DNA of 64,000 bases, taken from contig CDROCS010000506.1 in the NCBI GenBank assembly GCA_977020255.1, forward strand, positions 1,860,001-1,924,000, written 5' to 3'. The translations under genes were made by a program, and so were the position numbers. The notes under the pieces were generated by a model that worked only from the letters and a program-made list of their open reading frames with translations, searched no databases and was not told where the DNA came from. Numbering within the stretch: position 1 is the stretch's first letter; every line of letters begins with the position of its first letter. The DNA comes from Obrimoposthia wandeli (lineage: Eukaryota). Shown here piece by piece: positions 1 through 9,380 of this stretch.

Positions 1-871
1 TCCAATCAATTCCTTGCTCGTAACCATCACTTAAAGTGACTTCCATTATTTTAACTTCAAGCAATACTTGACGCTGTAATTGTTCTTCAGCTTGAGCGAG
101 AAAGTCTTTAATTTTACGAATATCTTTCGGATAACCGTGCACAGTCACTAAACCCGCTTGTGGGCTGATAATGACTTGAGTATCTTTTTGATTAGCCGTT
201 AAGCCTAACAAAGTATTTTCTAATTCTGACCAATAATCGGTATCCGTTTGTGTTGAGATCTCGGTACCAGTACTGTTTGATGATGACGATGAATCAGATG
301 AATTATCATCATCATCTGAAGAACTACCCGAAGAACCATTATCAGTCAAATAACCCGAGCTAATTGAACTGTTGGATAAACCATTACGCTTCATTAACAA
401 ATAGTTCATCGGGATTATTTCAGTACGCAGACCTGCACCATTCACGCGATAGGTATTACCTTGACGCTGAATATCATAGCCGTACATATCTGCAACTTCA
501 TCCATGGTTTCAGCAATGGTTACATCATTAAGGACAACAGTTACACGACCAGCAACATCAGGACTAACCGTTAAATTATATTTAGTGCCTTTTAATAACG
601 AACCAAAGAATTGACGCGCGGTGACTGATTTAGCCGAAATATCCATACGTGGTTCGATGACGGGACGGTTCAATGCATCGCTGCCTTCAAAATCAGGTAA
701 CAATTCCGCATTCACATCATCGGGAACAGTCCAAGCTTGCGCTTCGGCATCCGCACGATCAAGCTCAGCTTGAATAGATTCTTTGATCACAACAGGCTCA
801 AGTGAGCTACGCGTTGTTTCGCAGCCCGTTAAAAACACACCTAAAATAATTGCAAGATACAACTTTTTCAT
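1..871 (-). CDS. mshL: MSHA pilus secretin MshL, N-terminal part (runs off the window's left edge)
   Basis: Not in the ORF track. Hand translation from ATG at 871: MKKLYLAIILGVFLTGC (lipobox), then a secretin N domain, a Ser/Asp-rich linker and ...LQRQVLLEVKIMEVTLSDGYEQGIDW, the typical start of a secretin domain. Follows mshK. Confidence 0.9.
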   Translation of the reverse strand, partial: MKKLYLAIILGVFLTGCETTRSSLEPVVIKESIQAELDRADAEAQAWTVPDDVNAELLPDFEGSDALNRPVIEPRMDISAKSVTARQFFGSLLKGTKYNLTVSPDVAGRVTVVLNDVTIAETMDEVADMYGYDIQRQGNTYRVNGAGLRTEIIPMNYLLMKRNGLSNSSISSGYLTDNGSSGSSSDDDDNSSDSSSSSNSTGTEISTQTDTDYWSELENTLLGLTANQKDTQVIISPQAGLVTVHGYPKDIRKIKDFLAQAEEQLQRQVLLEVKIMEVTLSDGYEQGIDW

Positions 872-886
872 AATTAAATCTGAGCC

Positions 887-1243
887 TTAATGTTTAATTT
901 CACTGCCAAATAATGACAATCTAAATTCTTTATCGTTACGGATGAAATACACAAAGTCATCGGTAATACGGCGGATCTGAAAACCAGAAACCCAACTACC
1001 GGCAGTGACTTCTTTATCATCCATGATGGCGACATGACCATTATCTCGCACAAAAATAGCCTGTAAACGCGGGATATGCACCTTTGCTTTAGTGTCGCTG
1101 CGAACAATGGGTTCAACAGCACCCCAAGGACCAGTGGGGTCGTCTAGCACATTGCCATCAATAACCCCTTGACCTGCTTGAGCCAAACTTGAACTTAACA
1201 ACAGTACTATCGGCAATAGTATCGGAAGTAATAGCTTAACCAC
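887..1243 (-). CDS. mshK: MSHA biogenesis protein MshK
   Basis: 118 aa with signal peptide, DPT motif, LQAIF...AIMD...V..G motif; lies between mshJ and mshL. Confidence 0.8.
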   Translation of the reverse strand: MVKLLLPILLPIVLLLSSSLAQAGQGVIDGNVLDDPTGPWGAVEPIVRSDTKAKVHIPRLQAIFVRDNGHVAIMDDKEVTAGSWVSGFQIRRITDDFVYFIRNDKEFRLSLFGSEIKH

Positions 1244-2018
1244 GAATAAACTCCTTATTGATACTCAAGGTATAGATTTCCATCACCACTTCAGCGGTTG
1301 GATATTCTTGCATTTGGTAATCAAATACTTCCCAATAGAATTTTTTCGGCAATTGCTCGATAGAGTCCAGATAAGCCTGAATATCAAAAAATGCACCCGT
1401 CATGGTAATACGTAAGCCATGGCGATACAGCAATACTTCAGAACCGCTCGATTCTAAAACGCGATTAATATTACTCGAAATAGCATCCGACTTAATCAAC
1501 TCTGCAGAATCAACTTCTTGACCACTGGCGTTAGCCATTTTTGGCTTGGTTTCGCCCTGTCCTGTCACTGATTCTTTGTTGCTATTACCGGTAATAGTCG
1601 TCACTGGTAATGATTCAATGGCAAGTAATTTAACTTTTTTCGCACGACTTAACACATCACCCAATACTAAGGCCATTTGATTGGAGTTAATTAAATCCGC
1701 AGTTAAATCGGTTAATTTACCGTTGGCTTTTTTGAGTTCATTTTCAGCTCTAGCAATACGTAACTTAATCACTTTATTCGGATCAGTAGTTAAGACCTGC
1801 TTTAATTCAGCGATGGTAAAATCATATTGTCGTTGCTGCTGTGTTAGCGACGATAACTGCGTCGTTAATTGTTTATTACGCGCATAATTTGGCTCAAGCA
1901 CAAAACTAAACATCACATAAACAATTGCACTCGCTAGCGAGCCAACCAGTAGCACACGCTCACGCATTGATAATTGATTAAACTTTTCATTCACGGTTAG
2001 CCAATGTTGCTTCATCAT
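1236..2018 (-). CDS. mshJ: MSHA biogenesis protein MshJ (PilO/GspM-like)
   Basis: N-terminal RER..L transmembrane segment, coiled coil, C-terminal LYRHGL...YL..IE.LP.KFYW...Y....YP.A...EIYTLS; position in the msh cluster. Confidence 0.85.
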   Translation of the reverse strand: MMKQHWLTVNEKFNQLSMRERVLLVGSLASAIVYVMFSFVLEPNYARNKQLTTQLSSLTQQQRQYDFTIAELKQVLTTDPNKVIKLRIARAENELKKANGKLTDLTADLINSNQMALVLGDVLSRAKKVKLLAIESLPVTTITGNSNKESVTGQGETKPKMANASGQEVDSAELIKSDAISSNINRVLESSGSEVLLYRHGLRITMTGAFFDIQAYLDSIEQLPKKFYWEVFDYQMQEYPTAEVVMEIYTLSINKEFIRG

Positions 2019-2608
2019 TTATTGGCCTCCGTCGTTGGCTTATTGGTTAAAGTAAACGTGATAATATCATCTTCATTACGGCTAATATTAAGTTGACTAA
2101 ACTCTCTACCTTGCAGTGACTTACCTGCCGAAAATTTACTAATCCAACGAGGGATGGCATCATGGTTTCGAGCAATTCCATGTAGAGTCATGCTATTGCC
2201 CGCTAAACGAATCTGATTTAAACGAATATCTTTATCACGTTGTAGCGCCAAATCTGACATTAGGATAGCAAAGCCACTGCTTTGAACTTCTGCTAATTTT
2301 GATAATTGTACCAATAACTCATCACGGTATTTTAACCGGGTTTTTAATAGTGCGAGTTGCTGGTCTAAAGCTGGATTCTGGACATGACGAGCCACTTTAT
2401 CAGAAAGTACATCGACTTCACTTTCCAAGGTCGCGACCTGCTGTTTTACGTTACTCACCTTTAGTTCGCTATTTTCACTTTCCGACAGTAACGTGAACGT
2501 CAGCATCAGCAGTAAAGAACTGACAATAGCAACAATCGACTGCGCTAACGTAAAGCGCTCTTTCTTTGGCCTAAACGCCTGAGTATATAAATTTACGCGA
2601 GTCTTCAT
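2015..2608 (-). CDS. mshI: MSHA biogenesis protein MshI, PilN-like part
   Basis: MKTRVNLY start, transmembrane helix, coiled coil, PilN-like C-terminus (L.G.A.....IP.WI..F). Confidence 0.75.
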   Translation of the reverse strand: MKTRVNLYTQAFRPKKERFTLAQSIVAIVSSLLLMLTFTLLSESENSELKVSNVKQQVATLESEVDVLSDKVARHVQNPALDQQLALLKTRLKYRDELLVQLSKLAEVQSSGFAILMSDLALQRDKDIRLNQIRLAGNSMTLHGIARNHDAIPRWISKFSAGKSLQGREFSQLNISRNEDDIITFTLTNKPTTEANK

Positions 2609-3516
2609 TACATTTTTTCCAAAGCGCCGCCAATGGCAGGTAAAAATCCAATATCCACATTATCAGTAATAATCGCATGCGTTAACGGCGTCACTGGAGT
2701 AGCAAAGTTAAGTTGTAGACGAGTAATCAGCGGTTCTAAAATAGCACTCGGCAAGGCTAAGTTAATTGTTTTTACTTCCGGTAATTTTAACTGACTAACA
2801 ACAAAGTCAGCTGAGCGTTGGATTTCCAAGCTAAAATTATCTAATAACGGGCTATCAAGTTGATCTTCTTGCAAGTCACGTAATCGAGAAAACCCACGTA
2901 AACGACGTGAGAAATAAAGCTGATTATCATAAATAATTGTTAAATTAACTTCTTGGTGATCTTGCTGAGAAATTAACATTTGAGTCGTTTTCTGGTCATC
3001 ATCAGCATGGCTATTAAATAAATTTGCTGTTGCTAACTCTTCAATCCCGATACTGACCAATTCCAGTTTTGCTTGTTCCGTAGCAGTTACAATTAATTCA
3101 ACTACGCTTTTCGGACAATAAACTAAATTAATTTTATTTTGATTCGGCACCGAAAAATAATCAAAAACGACCGTATCGATTGCTTCATTAATAAATTCTT
3201 TCGCGATGAAAGGTAATGAACTGGCAATTTCATTATCAGGGACATTGGGTTTATCTATTTGCAATAGCTGATACACCTGGTTTGACAACACCACATGACA
3301 AGTAGACGCCTGCAAATTATGCTTAGCAACCATCTCACCGAGTGTTTTAACCAGTGCAGAAATATCTTGCAGCCCAATAGAATCTAGTACTGAAATAGCA
3401 TCATTACCTGCTGACAAAGCACAAATATCAACGCGCTGCTTCGCGATAAACACACCCAGTTTAGCCTGTGTATTACGTTTCTTTAACCAGGGTATACGCA
3501 TAAAATGTTGTTGCAC
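2608..3516 (-). CDS. mshI: MSHA biogenesis protein MshI, PilM-like part
   Basis: YQLLQIDKPNVP..EI...L and ..DYF motifs, C-terminal LEIQRS.D; TAATG overlap with the next gene. The start may be the ATG at 3501. Confidence 0.75.
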   Translation of the reverse strand: MQQHFMRIPWLKKRNTQAKLGVFIAKQRVDICALSAGNDAISVLDSIGLQDISALVKTLGEMVAKHNLQASTCHVVLSNQVYQLLQIDKPNVPDNEIASSLPFIAKEFINEAIDTVVFDYFSVPNQNKINLVYCPKSVVELIVTATEQAKLELVSIGIEELATANLFNSHADDDQKTTQMLISQQDHQEVNLTIIYDNQLYFSRRLRGFSRLRDLQEDQLDSPLLDNFSLEIQRSADFVVSQLKLPEVKTINLALPSAILEPLITRLQLNFATPVTPLTHAIITDNVDIGFLPAIGGALEKM

Positions 3517-3650
3517 CTAAATAATTAATTAATAATCGTAAACCAACTTGGCGGCTATAATACTTCAATCAGCTTTAAGTAGTAAGCAAAGTGTGAGATT
3601 AGCACAAAATGGACACTTAAAAACAGCGACATAATAACACTAAAATAACG

Positions 3651-5567
3651 TTACGACTCTGCCAAAACCCTGACTTGATTACAAAAATACCCTTGAGCTC
3701 CATAAACACCTAGTTTATTGAGACTGTCCCACTCGCCTTTCGATTCGACACCAACTGCAATCACTGTTGTGGCTAAGTTAACGGTACCACCAAGGATGCT
3801 GCGAATAGCCAATTGATTGATTTGACGTTTATGTAAATCTCGCACCAAACTAGGGTGGATCTTGATAACATCGACGCCTAATTTTTTAATATAAGATGAA
3901 TCAACGACATCCTGACCAACCATATCGACAGCAATCCGACAACCGAGTGCTTTAAGGTTGTTAACTGGCTCTAATAACATGGCTAAATTACGAGTTATTT
4001 GGTATTCATGGATCTCAAAATGGATAAGTCCACGTAGCGCTGCTGGCAAGCGGATAATATCTAAATACACCGCGCGCATAAACCGCTTATCTAAATAACT
4101 TTGGATGTCTAAGTTGATGCCACAAGCAATTGCCTCGCCCTGCTCTAAAGAAGAGATAGCATATTCAACAGTGAGTCGGTCAATACGTTTTAATACACCG
4201 CATTTCTCTGCCATCGGCAAAAATACCCCGGCATGTACCCAATCATTATTTTCATCTTTGAGCCTTGGATATATTTCATGTCCAAGTAGGTGTTTATCTG
4301 CCATGCTCACAATTGATTGCTGCTCATAATGAAAACCATTGTTGTTAAAGGTTTTATCAAATAGTGCTCGCCATCTTACAGTTCCCTTCGAATGCACAGG
4401 AGAAACCTCCTCTTGCTCATATAAGAACCAACCAGAACAGCCTTGTAATATCGCAATTTTTAATGCCTGATCGACACTTTCTAATACCTCTTCAGCATCT
4501 TCACCGTGATGATAAATAGACACACCAGTATAAAATAACTCTTCACAATCGACAGGCGTTGATAAACCGACTCGTGTGAGTAACTTATACAACTGCTTCA
4601 TCACAATTTCGGACTCAGGACCGGTGATCCGAGGTAATAAAACAATGAACTGATCCCCACGATAACGCGCGAGAACTGAATCTGTAAAACGATCAACAAA
4701 TTTACTCAGTAATGCACTAACCGACTTCACCATGTCATCAACATCTGCAACGCCATAGTCATAATTTAATTGCGATAATTCATAGAGTTCAATCTTGATA
4801 ACAGTACCCGCTATAACACCGGGGTCAGATAACATGGCTTCAAGTTGATTTAAAAAGAAATCTCGATTACCTATGCCTGTTGATGGATCAACGAAGGCGT
4901 TGGTACGCATATAGGAATCAAAGCGACTACGCTCTTGTTTTGTATCTTCAAGATCAGCGATTAATTTATCGAATGCGCGACTTGTTGCTTTAGGCCACTC
5001 GGCATCTGTGCCAACCGCCACTTTAACGTGGTCACCATTCAGGATCTTATAACTGCGCATTGATAGTAATTCGGCACCATACATGCCTTTTCTTAGCAAT
5101 CGAATTGCAATCACTAACCCAAACAAGGCAATAACTAATCCTGAGCCAACGCCCACCAATAATATCGGCGGGTATTCCATCGCATAATACGGCGACAGCA
5201 TCACTACTTTTGCAGTGAAGTCATTGTTAGCACGTAATTTAAAGTTATATTCTTGTAGAAAATGGCTGACGGCATCAGGATCTGGCGTGTTGGCATCGAA
5301 GTAATAACTGACGAGACCGTCTTTCTCTACCGTTAATTTTAATACCGAATGGGCGCGTAATAGTTCTGGTAGCCAGAATGCAAAACGCGGCTCGCTATCT
5401 TCCATTGCGAGTTGTTCATCCATGACATCAATGAGACGGGAAATATTTTGCTTTTGAGTTTCAATTGCCAATTCGCGTAAACTCACCGCACCGCCGAGTA
5501 GCACAACGCCGACCGATGAAAGCACACAAAAAATAATAAAACCAATCAGTTTATTGGTAAATTTCAT
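3651..5567 (-). CDS. csrD: RNase E specificity factor CsrD (MshH), degenerate GGDEF-EAL membrane protein
   Basis: 638 aa, two TM segments, degenerate GGDEF (RYRGDQF) and EAL (EIYPRL) domains; between ssb and msh genes as in Vibrionales. Confidence 0.85.
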   Translation of the reverse strand: MKFTNKLIGFIIFCVLSSVGVVLLGGAVSLRELAIETQKQNISRLIDVMDEQLAMEDSEPRFAFWLPELLRAHSVLKLTVEKDGLVSYYFDANTPDPDAVSHFLQEYNFKLRANNDFTAKVVMLSPYYAMEYPPILLVGVGSGLVIALFGLVIAIRLLRKGMYGAELLSMRSYKILNGDHVKVAVGTDAEWPKATSRAFDKLIADLEDTKQERSRFDSYMRTNAFVDPSTGIGNRDFFLNQLEAMLSDPGVIAGTVIKIELYELSQLNYDYGVADVDDMVKSVSALLSKFVDRFTDSVLARYRGDQFIVLLPRITGPESEIVMKQLYKLLTRVGLSTPVDCEELFYTGVSIYHHGEDAEEVLESVDQALKIAILQGCSGWFLYEQEEVSPVHSKGTVRWRALFDKTFNNNGFHYEQQSIVSMADKHLLGHEIYPRLKDENNDWVHAGVFLPMAEKCGVLKRIDRLTVEYAISSLEQGEAIACGINLDIQSYLDKRFMRAVYLDIIRLPAALRGLIHFEIHEYQITRNLAMLLEPVNNLKALGCRIAVDMVGQDVVDSSYIKKLGVDVIKIHPSLVRDLHKRQINQLAIRSILGGTVNLATTVIAVGVESKGEWDSLNKLGVYGAQGYFCNQVRVLAES

Positions 5568-5890
5568 ATATTCTTATACATCCCTATATCAGAATCTAAT
5601 CTTGTAAAAATTTAATTTTATTGATGATAACGAACTTACCGTATCGTCATCGATTCTACGGCATTTCAAAATGAAAAGCAGATAATATAGCGAATGGCTA
5701 TCAAGAATTAAAAACCAGTCTAGCGAGTAATACGAATAAAAAACAACTAATTTTAGACTCGATGAAGTATAAATGTGACCTAAACCCACCGTTAAAATGA
5801 ATTATTGGTTTTCCATATATATCGTTATAACTTCAAATCATAACACTATGTTGTCATTTATTTTAAACCAATTCCTGAACGAAAAATAAT

Positions 5891-5912
5891 AAAAAACCCC
5901 GAAAATCGAGGC
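5891..5912 (-). terminator. Intrinsic terminator after ssb
   Basis: Minus strand reads GCCUCG-AUUUU-CGGGGU followed by a U run. Confidence 0.6.
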
Positions 5913-5957
5913 TCTTTTATTATCATGCTAAACAATCAATTCAGGTTCAAAAGTGAT

Positions 5958-6599
5958 CTAGAACGGAATGTCGTCATCAAAGTCAGCAGATGGTTCGTTA
6001 AAACCTTGCTGTGGTGCTTGAGGCGCTGCTGCAGGTGCTTGCTGTTGTGGAGCATAGCTTTGCTGCTGTGGAGCCTGTTGCTGTGGTGCTTGCTGTGACT
6101 GTTGGTTATTGTAACCACCAGCTTGTTGTTGCGGTGCAGCTGCTGGCTGTTGTGGTTGACCCCAACCTGCATTTTGGTTTTGCTGTTGTGGTTGCTGGTT
6201 GTAAGAAGAAGAACCACCACCTTGTTGCTGCTGTTGTTGACCGCCTTGACGGGCACCAATCATCTGCATTACACCATTAAAACCTTGTACTACAACTTCC
6301 GTAGTATAACGGTCCTGGCCATTTTGATCTTGCCATTTACGCGTTTGTAATGCGCCTTCAATATATACCTGTGAACCTTTACGTAAGTATTCACCAGCGA
6401 TTTCAGCTAATTTACCGAATACAGCAACACGATGCCATTCAGTTTTCTCACGCTGTTCGCCAGTTTGCTTGTCACGCCACGATTCACTTGTCGCAATTGT
6501 TAGATTGGCAACCGCGCCACCATTTGGGAATGAGCGGATTTCAGGATCGTTACCTAAATTACCAAGAATAATTACTTTATTTACGCCACGACTGGCCAT
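5958..6599 (-). CDS. ssb: Single-stranded DNA-binding protein
   Basis: [16 protein letters not shown]...EWHRV OB fold, Gln/Gly-rich linker, DFDDDIPF tail. Start corrected to ATG 6599, preceded by an AGGAG Shine-Dalgarno. Confidence 0.98.
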   Translation of the reverse strand: MASRGVNKVIILGNLGNDPEIRSFPNGGAVANLTIATSESWRDKQTGEQREKTEWHRVAVFGKLAEIAGEYLRKGSQVYIEGALQTRKWQDQNGQDRYTTEVVVQGFNGVMQMIGARQGGQQQQQQGGGSSSYNQQPQQQNQNAGWGQPQQPAAAPQQQAGGYNNQQSQQAPQQQAPQQQSYAPQQQAPAAAPQAPQQGFNEPSADFDDDIPF

Positions 6600-6600
6600 G

Positions 6601-7974
6601 CTAGCTCCTGTGCTGTTCACGAACCAGGTTCAAAGCCTGGTCTATTTCAAAATCTTTAGTCGCTTTTAAATAAGCAACCTGCTCTTCTAATACTACTACA
6701 GCTTCATTAATACCGGAAAGCGATATTAGCTTTTCGGCGATTAATTCAGCGTCTCTTTGGTTAGCAATGCTCACAGCGATAGTATGTGCCTTCACTTGAC
6801 CGACATTTTCTAACCCCAAAGAAATAATAAACCACACTATCATTACCGCAGCAATAATAAAGAATAAACCTTGCGAACCTAATTGCGAGTACAAACTACC
6901 GGCAATAATACCGCCACAAAATGCACCTGCAAACTGTGAAGTTGAATAAATGCCCATTGCCGACCCCTTTGCGCCAGCCGGAGCCGACATAGAGATCATC
7001 GCAGGTAACGAGGCTTCTAAAAAGTTAAAGGCGGTAAAATACAACACAATCGCTAAGCCAAATAGCCATAGGTTACCATGAGCAAAACCCATAACGCACA
7101 GGGCAGTACCCATTAACGCGATCGCGAATAAGAAAAATTGTTTATTCATTTTCTTTTTCGCCGCAATAATCAACATAGGTACCATCAATATAAATGATAG
7201 CAGCAATGCAGGGAAATATATCCACCAGTGGTGCTCACCAACCAGTCCCGCAGCCTCTAACTCAAACGGTAATGATACAAATACCGCAGTCAGGGTTAAG
7301 TGTAATAAAAAGATACCTGCATCGAGACGCAATAATTGCGGATCACGTAACATGGCTCTTAATTTGTTCTTATTGGTACTCGCATCACCCGCAGGCGCTT
7401 TGGTTGTTGAGTTAGGTACAATATAGTACACCACTAACATACCAACGATAGCCAAAGCAGCTGTCACAAAGAAGATGCCTTTAAGACCTACCCATTGTGC
7501 TAATACAGGGCCAGCCACCAGCGAAAACGCAAATGAAAGTCCGATACACATGCCAATGACAGCCATCACTTTAGGGCGTTGTTGCTCACGCGTAATATCG
7601 GCAGCTAATGCCAGAATAGCACTGGCAACAGCACCAGTACCTTGCAACATACGTCCAAAAGCCACGCCGTAAACGGAATCAGCCATGCCAGCAACAATGC
7701 TACCGACGCAAAATAAGCCTAAGCCAGCAATAATGACGGGCTTACGGCCAATACGATCAGACAATTGTCCCATCGGTATTTGCAGCATTGCTTGGGTTAA
7801 ACCATAAGCACCAATCACGATACCAACCCACAGTGGTGAATAACCGATTAAATCACGTCCATAAATGGCAAAAACGGGCATGATCATAAATAACCCCAGC
7901 ATTCTTAAGCCAAATACTAACGCTAGCGACACTGCTGTTTTTTGCTCTAATTTAGATAAAGCTACATTATCCAT
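6601..7974 (-). CDS. MFS transporter, YajR family
   Basis: 12 hydrophobic segments, [14 protein letters not shown] start, [10 protein letters not shown] motif A, small C-terminal YAM-like domain. Confidence 0.9.
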   Translation of the reverse strand: MDNVALSKLEQKTAVSLALVFGLRMLGLFMIMPVFAIYGRDLIGYSPLWVGIVIGAYGLTQAMLQIPMGQLSDRIGRKPVIIAGLGLFCVGSIVAGMADSVYGVAFGRMLQGTGAVASAILALAADITREQQRPKVMAVIGMCIGLSFAFSLVAGPVLAQWVGLKGIFFVTAALAIVGMLVVYYIVPNSTTKAPAGDASTNKNKLRAMLRDPQLLRLDAGIFLLHLTLTAVFVSLPFELEAAGLVGEHHWWIYFPALLLSFILMVPMLIIAAKKKMNKQFFLFAIALMGTALCVMGFAHGNLWLFGLAIVLYFTAFNFLEASLPAMISMSAPAGAKGSAMGIYSTSQFAGAFCGGIIAGSLYSQLGSQGLFFIIAAVMIVWFIISLGLENVGQVKAHTIAVSIANQRDAELIAEKLISLSGINEAVVVLEEQVAYLKATKDFEIDQALNLVREQHRS

Positions 7975-8062
7975 AATTAATCCATCAACCCCTTAATATT
8001 TACAGCGCCATGTTAACACGTCATGCTAGCTGACAATAAAAATTTATTTAAAACAATCACTG

Positions 8063-8071
8063 CCCCCCCCC
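8063..8071. repeat. C9 homopolymer in an AT-rich divergent intergenic region
   Basis: tgCCCCCCCCCga read directly. Confidence 0.9.
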
Positions 8072-8282
8072 GACCATGCTTTAGCATTAACAAAAAACAA
8101 AAATAACCGCAAAACACTAAGTTAATAATACTAATGTGAAACAAAACGCCATAAAATTACATAATAACAATTAAAATCAAGTGTTTGTGCAAGATCTAAC
8201 TATAAATATAGCTGAAAGATAAAAGTATGAGTCGTGATAAAACTAAATGCCAACTTGACTCATATATAACACCTCGATATGT

Positions 8283-8297
8283 TAACAACTAATTAAC
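8283..8297 (-). promoter_or_regulatory. Putative ArcA box upstream of the LuxR regulator
   Basis: Minus strand GTTAATTAGTTGTTA, 13/15 match to the ArcA consensus GTTAATTAAATGTTA; part of a TTAACAACT direct repeat with 11-bp period. Confidence 0.55.
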
Positions 8298-8490
8298 AAC
8301 TCGTTGGCGTGTCTTTCTCCAGAAAGGCTAGCTTACGACTATCACTGTTCGTTAATGCTTTAGTGCTAAGTTGTGTTGAACTTAGGTATTACATTTAACA
8401 CTTTAATTAAGTCATTAGCTCAGTTTAATTGTTTATAATGCTATTAAGCATAAATATGGATATCACCACACACACTAAAGGATTAGTTAT

Positions 8491-9129
8491 ATGTCGGATT
8501 ACCCAAATGTAGTACTGCTGTCACAGCCAAGTCTACAAGTCGCCACGTTAGTCTCTTGCTTAAGAGCCAAACTCGATATACCGGTACAACAGCTGCGTGA
8601 AGTCGCAGAAATTGAACGAATTTCAATAGACGACAACTTACTCTTACTGGTTGATACTGATAACCTCAGCAGTACTTCACAAGAACAACTTAAAAACAAA
8701 TTAAAGCAATATCATGGCATGTTTCGTTTGGCATTGATTAATTTAAGTGATGATACCACGATGGAAAACATTTCCACTTGGCCATCAATATTCGGCGTAT
8801 TTAATAAACGTGATGAACTCGATGTGGTGTGCAAAGGCATACAAAAGATCACAGAAGGTGAGTTCTGGATGCCAAGGCGCACGCTTAGTTCTTTGATCTC
8901 TATTTATCGTTCAACTAAAACCGTTGATCTCGATAGAAAACCAGAACTAACAACACGTGAACAAGAAATTTTACGTCAGCTAATGACAGGTTCATCCAAT
9001 CTAGAAATTGCCGATACGCTGTATGTCAGCGAGCACACGATTAAATCGCATCTCTATAATGTTTTCAAAAAAATAAAAGTGAAGAATCGCCTACAAGCGG
9101 TATCTTGGGCGAAAGAAAATCTGATATAA
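8491..9129 (+). CDS. LuxR-family transcriptional regulator, VpsT/CsgD/QstR-like (degenerate receiver plus HTH)
   Basis: Receiver-like N-terminus lacks the first acidic pair; WMPR motif at residues 126-129; LuxR HTH LTTREQEIL...G.SN.EIA..L.VSEHTIKSHLYNVFKKI.VKNR.QA. Confidence 0.9.
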   Translation: MSDYPNVVLLSQPSLQVATLVSCLRAKLDIPVQQLREVAEIERISIDDNLLLLVDTDNLSSTSQEQLKNKLKQYHGMFRLALINLSDDTTMENISTWPSIFGVFNKRDELDVVCKGIQKITEGEFWMPRRTLSSLISIYRSTKTVDLDRKPELTTREQEILRQLMTGSSNLEIADTLYVSEHTIKSHLYNVFKKIKVKNRLQAVSWAKENLI

Positions 9130-9380
9130 AATGAATGGCTCAAGGTTATTACCCCCGCTAAAATAACGATCCCTTTTAGAGTAAAAATAACTGTACCTCT
9201 TAGACTAAGATATATAAAAGATCATATTTTATATGGTCCTTTATACTTCCAATGAGATAATTACATACTTATCAGTACTTATAATGTTTCTTTTTTGTTA
9301 AAACAATGGTACTTGTTAATGCTAAATACTGAGAACGCATGGATACGTGACCCTATCGCTCGCAATTCAAAGGATCTGAA

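Noticed and set aside
3592-3615. TGTGA-gatta-GCACA, CRP-like site upstream of mshI
   Set aside because: The spacer is 5 bp rather than the 6 bp CRP needs. Other TGTGA half-sites near 5774 and 8135 lack a good second half.
3651-5567. Possible active diguanylate cyclase/phosphodiesterase
   Set aside because: Both signature motifs are degenerate (RGDQF, EIY), as expected for CsrD.
5589-5789. 66-aa ORF in the csrD-ssb intergenic region
   Set aside because: No convincing SD or motif; most likely csrD/msh promoter DNA.
6005-6240. Repetitive (TGC/TGT)n-like stretch
   Set aside because: It is the Gln/Ala/Pro-rich SSB linker. There is no fixed repeat-spacer period, so it is not CRISPR or a mobile repeat.
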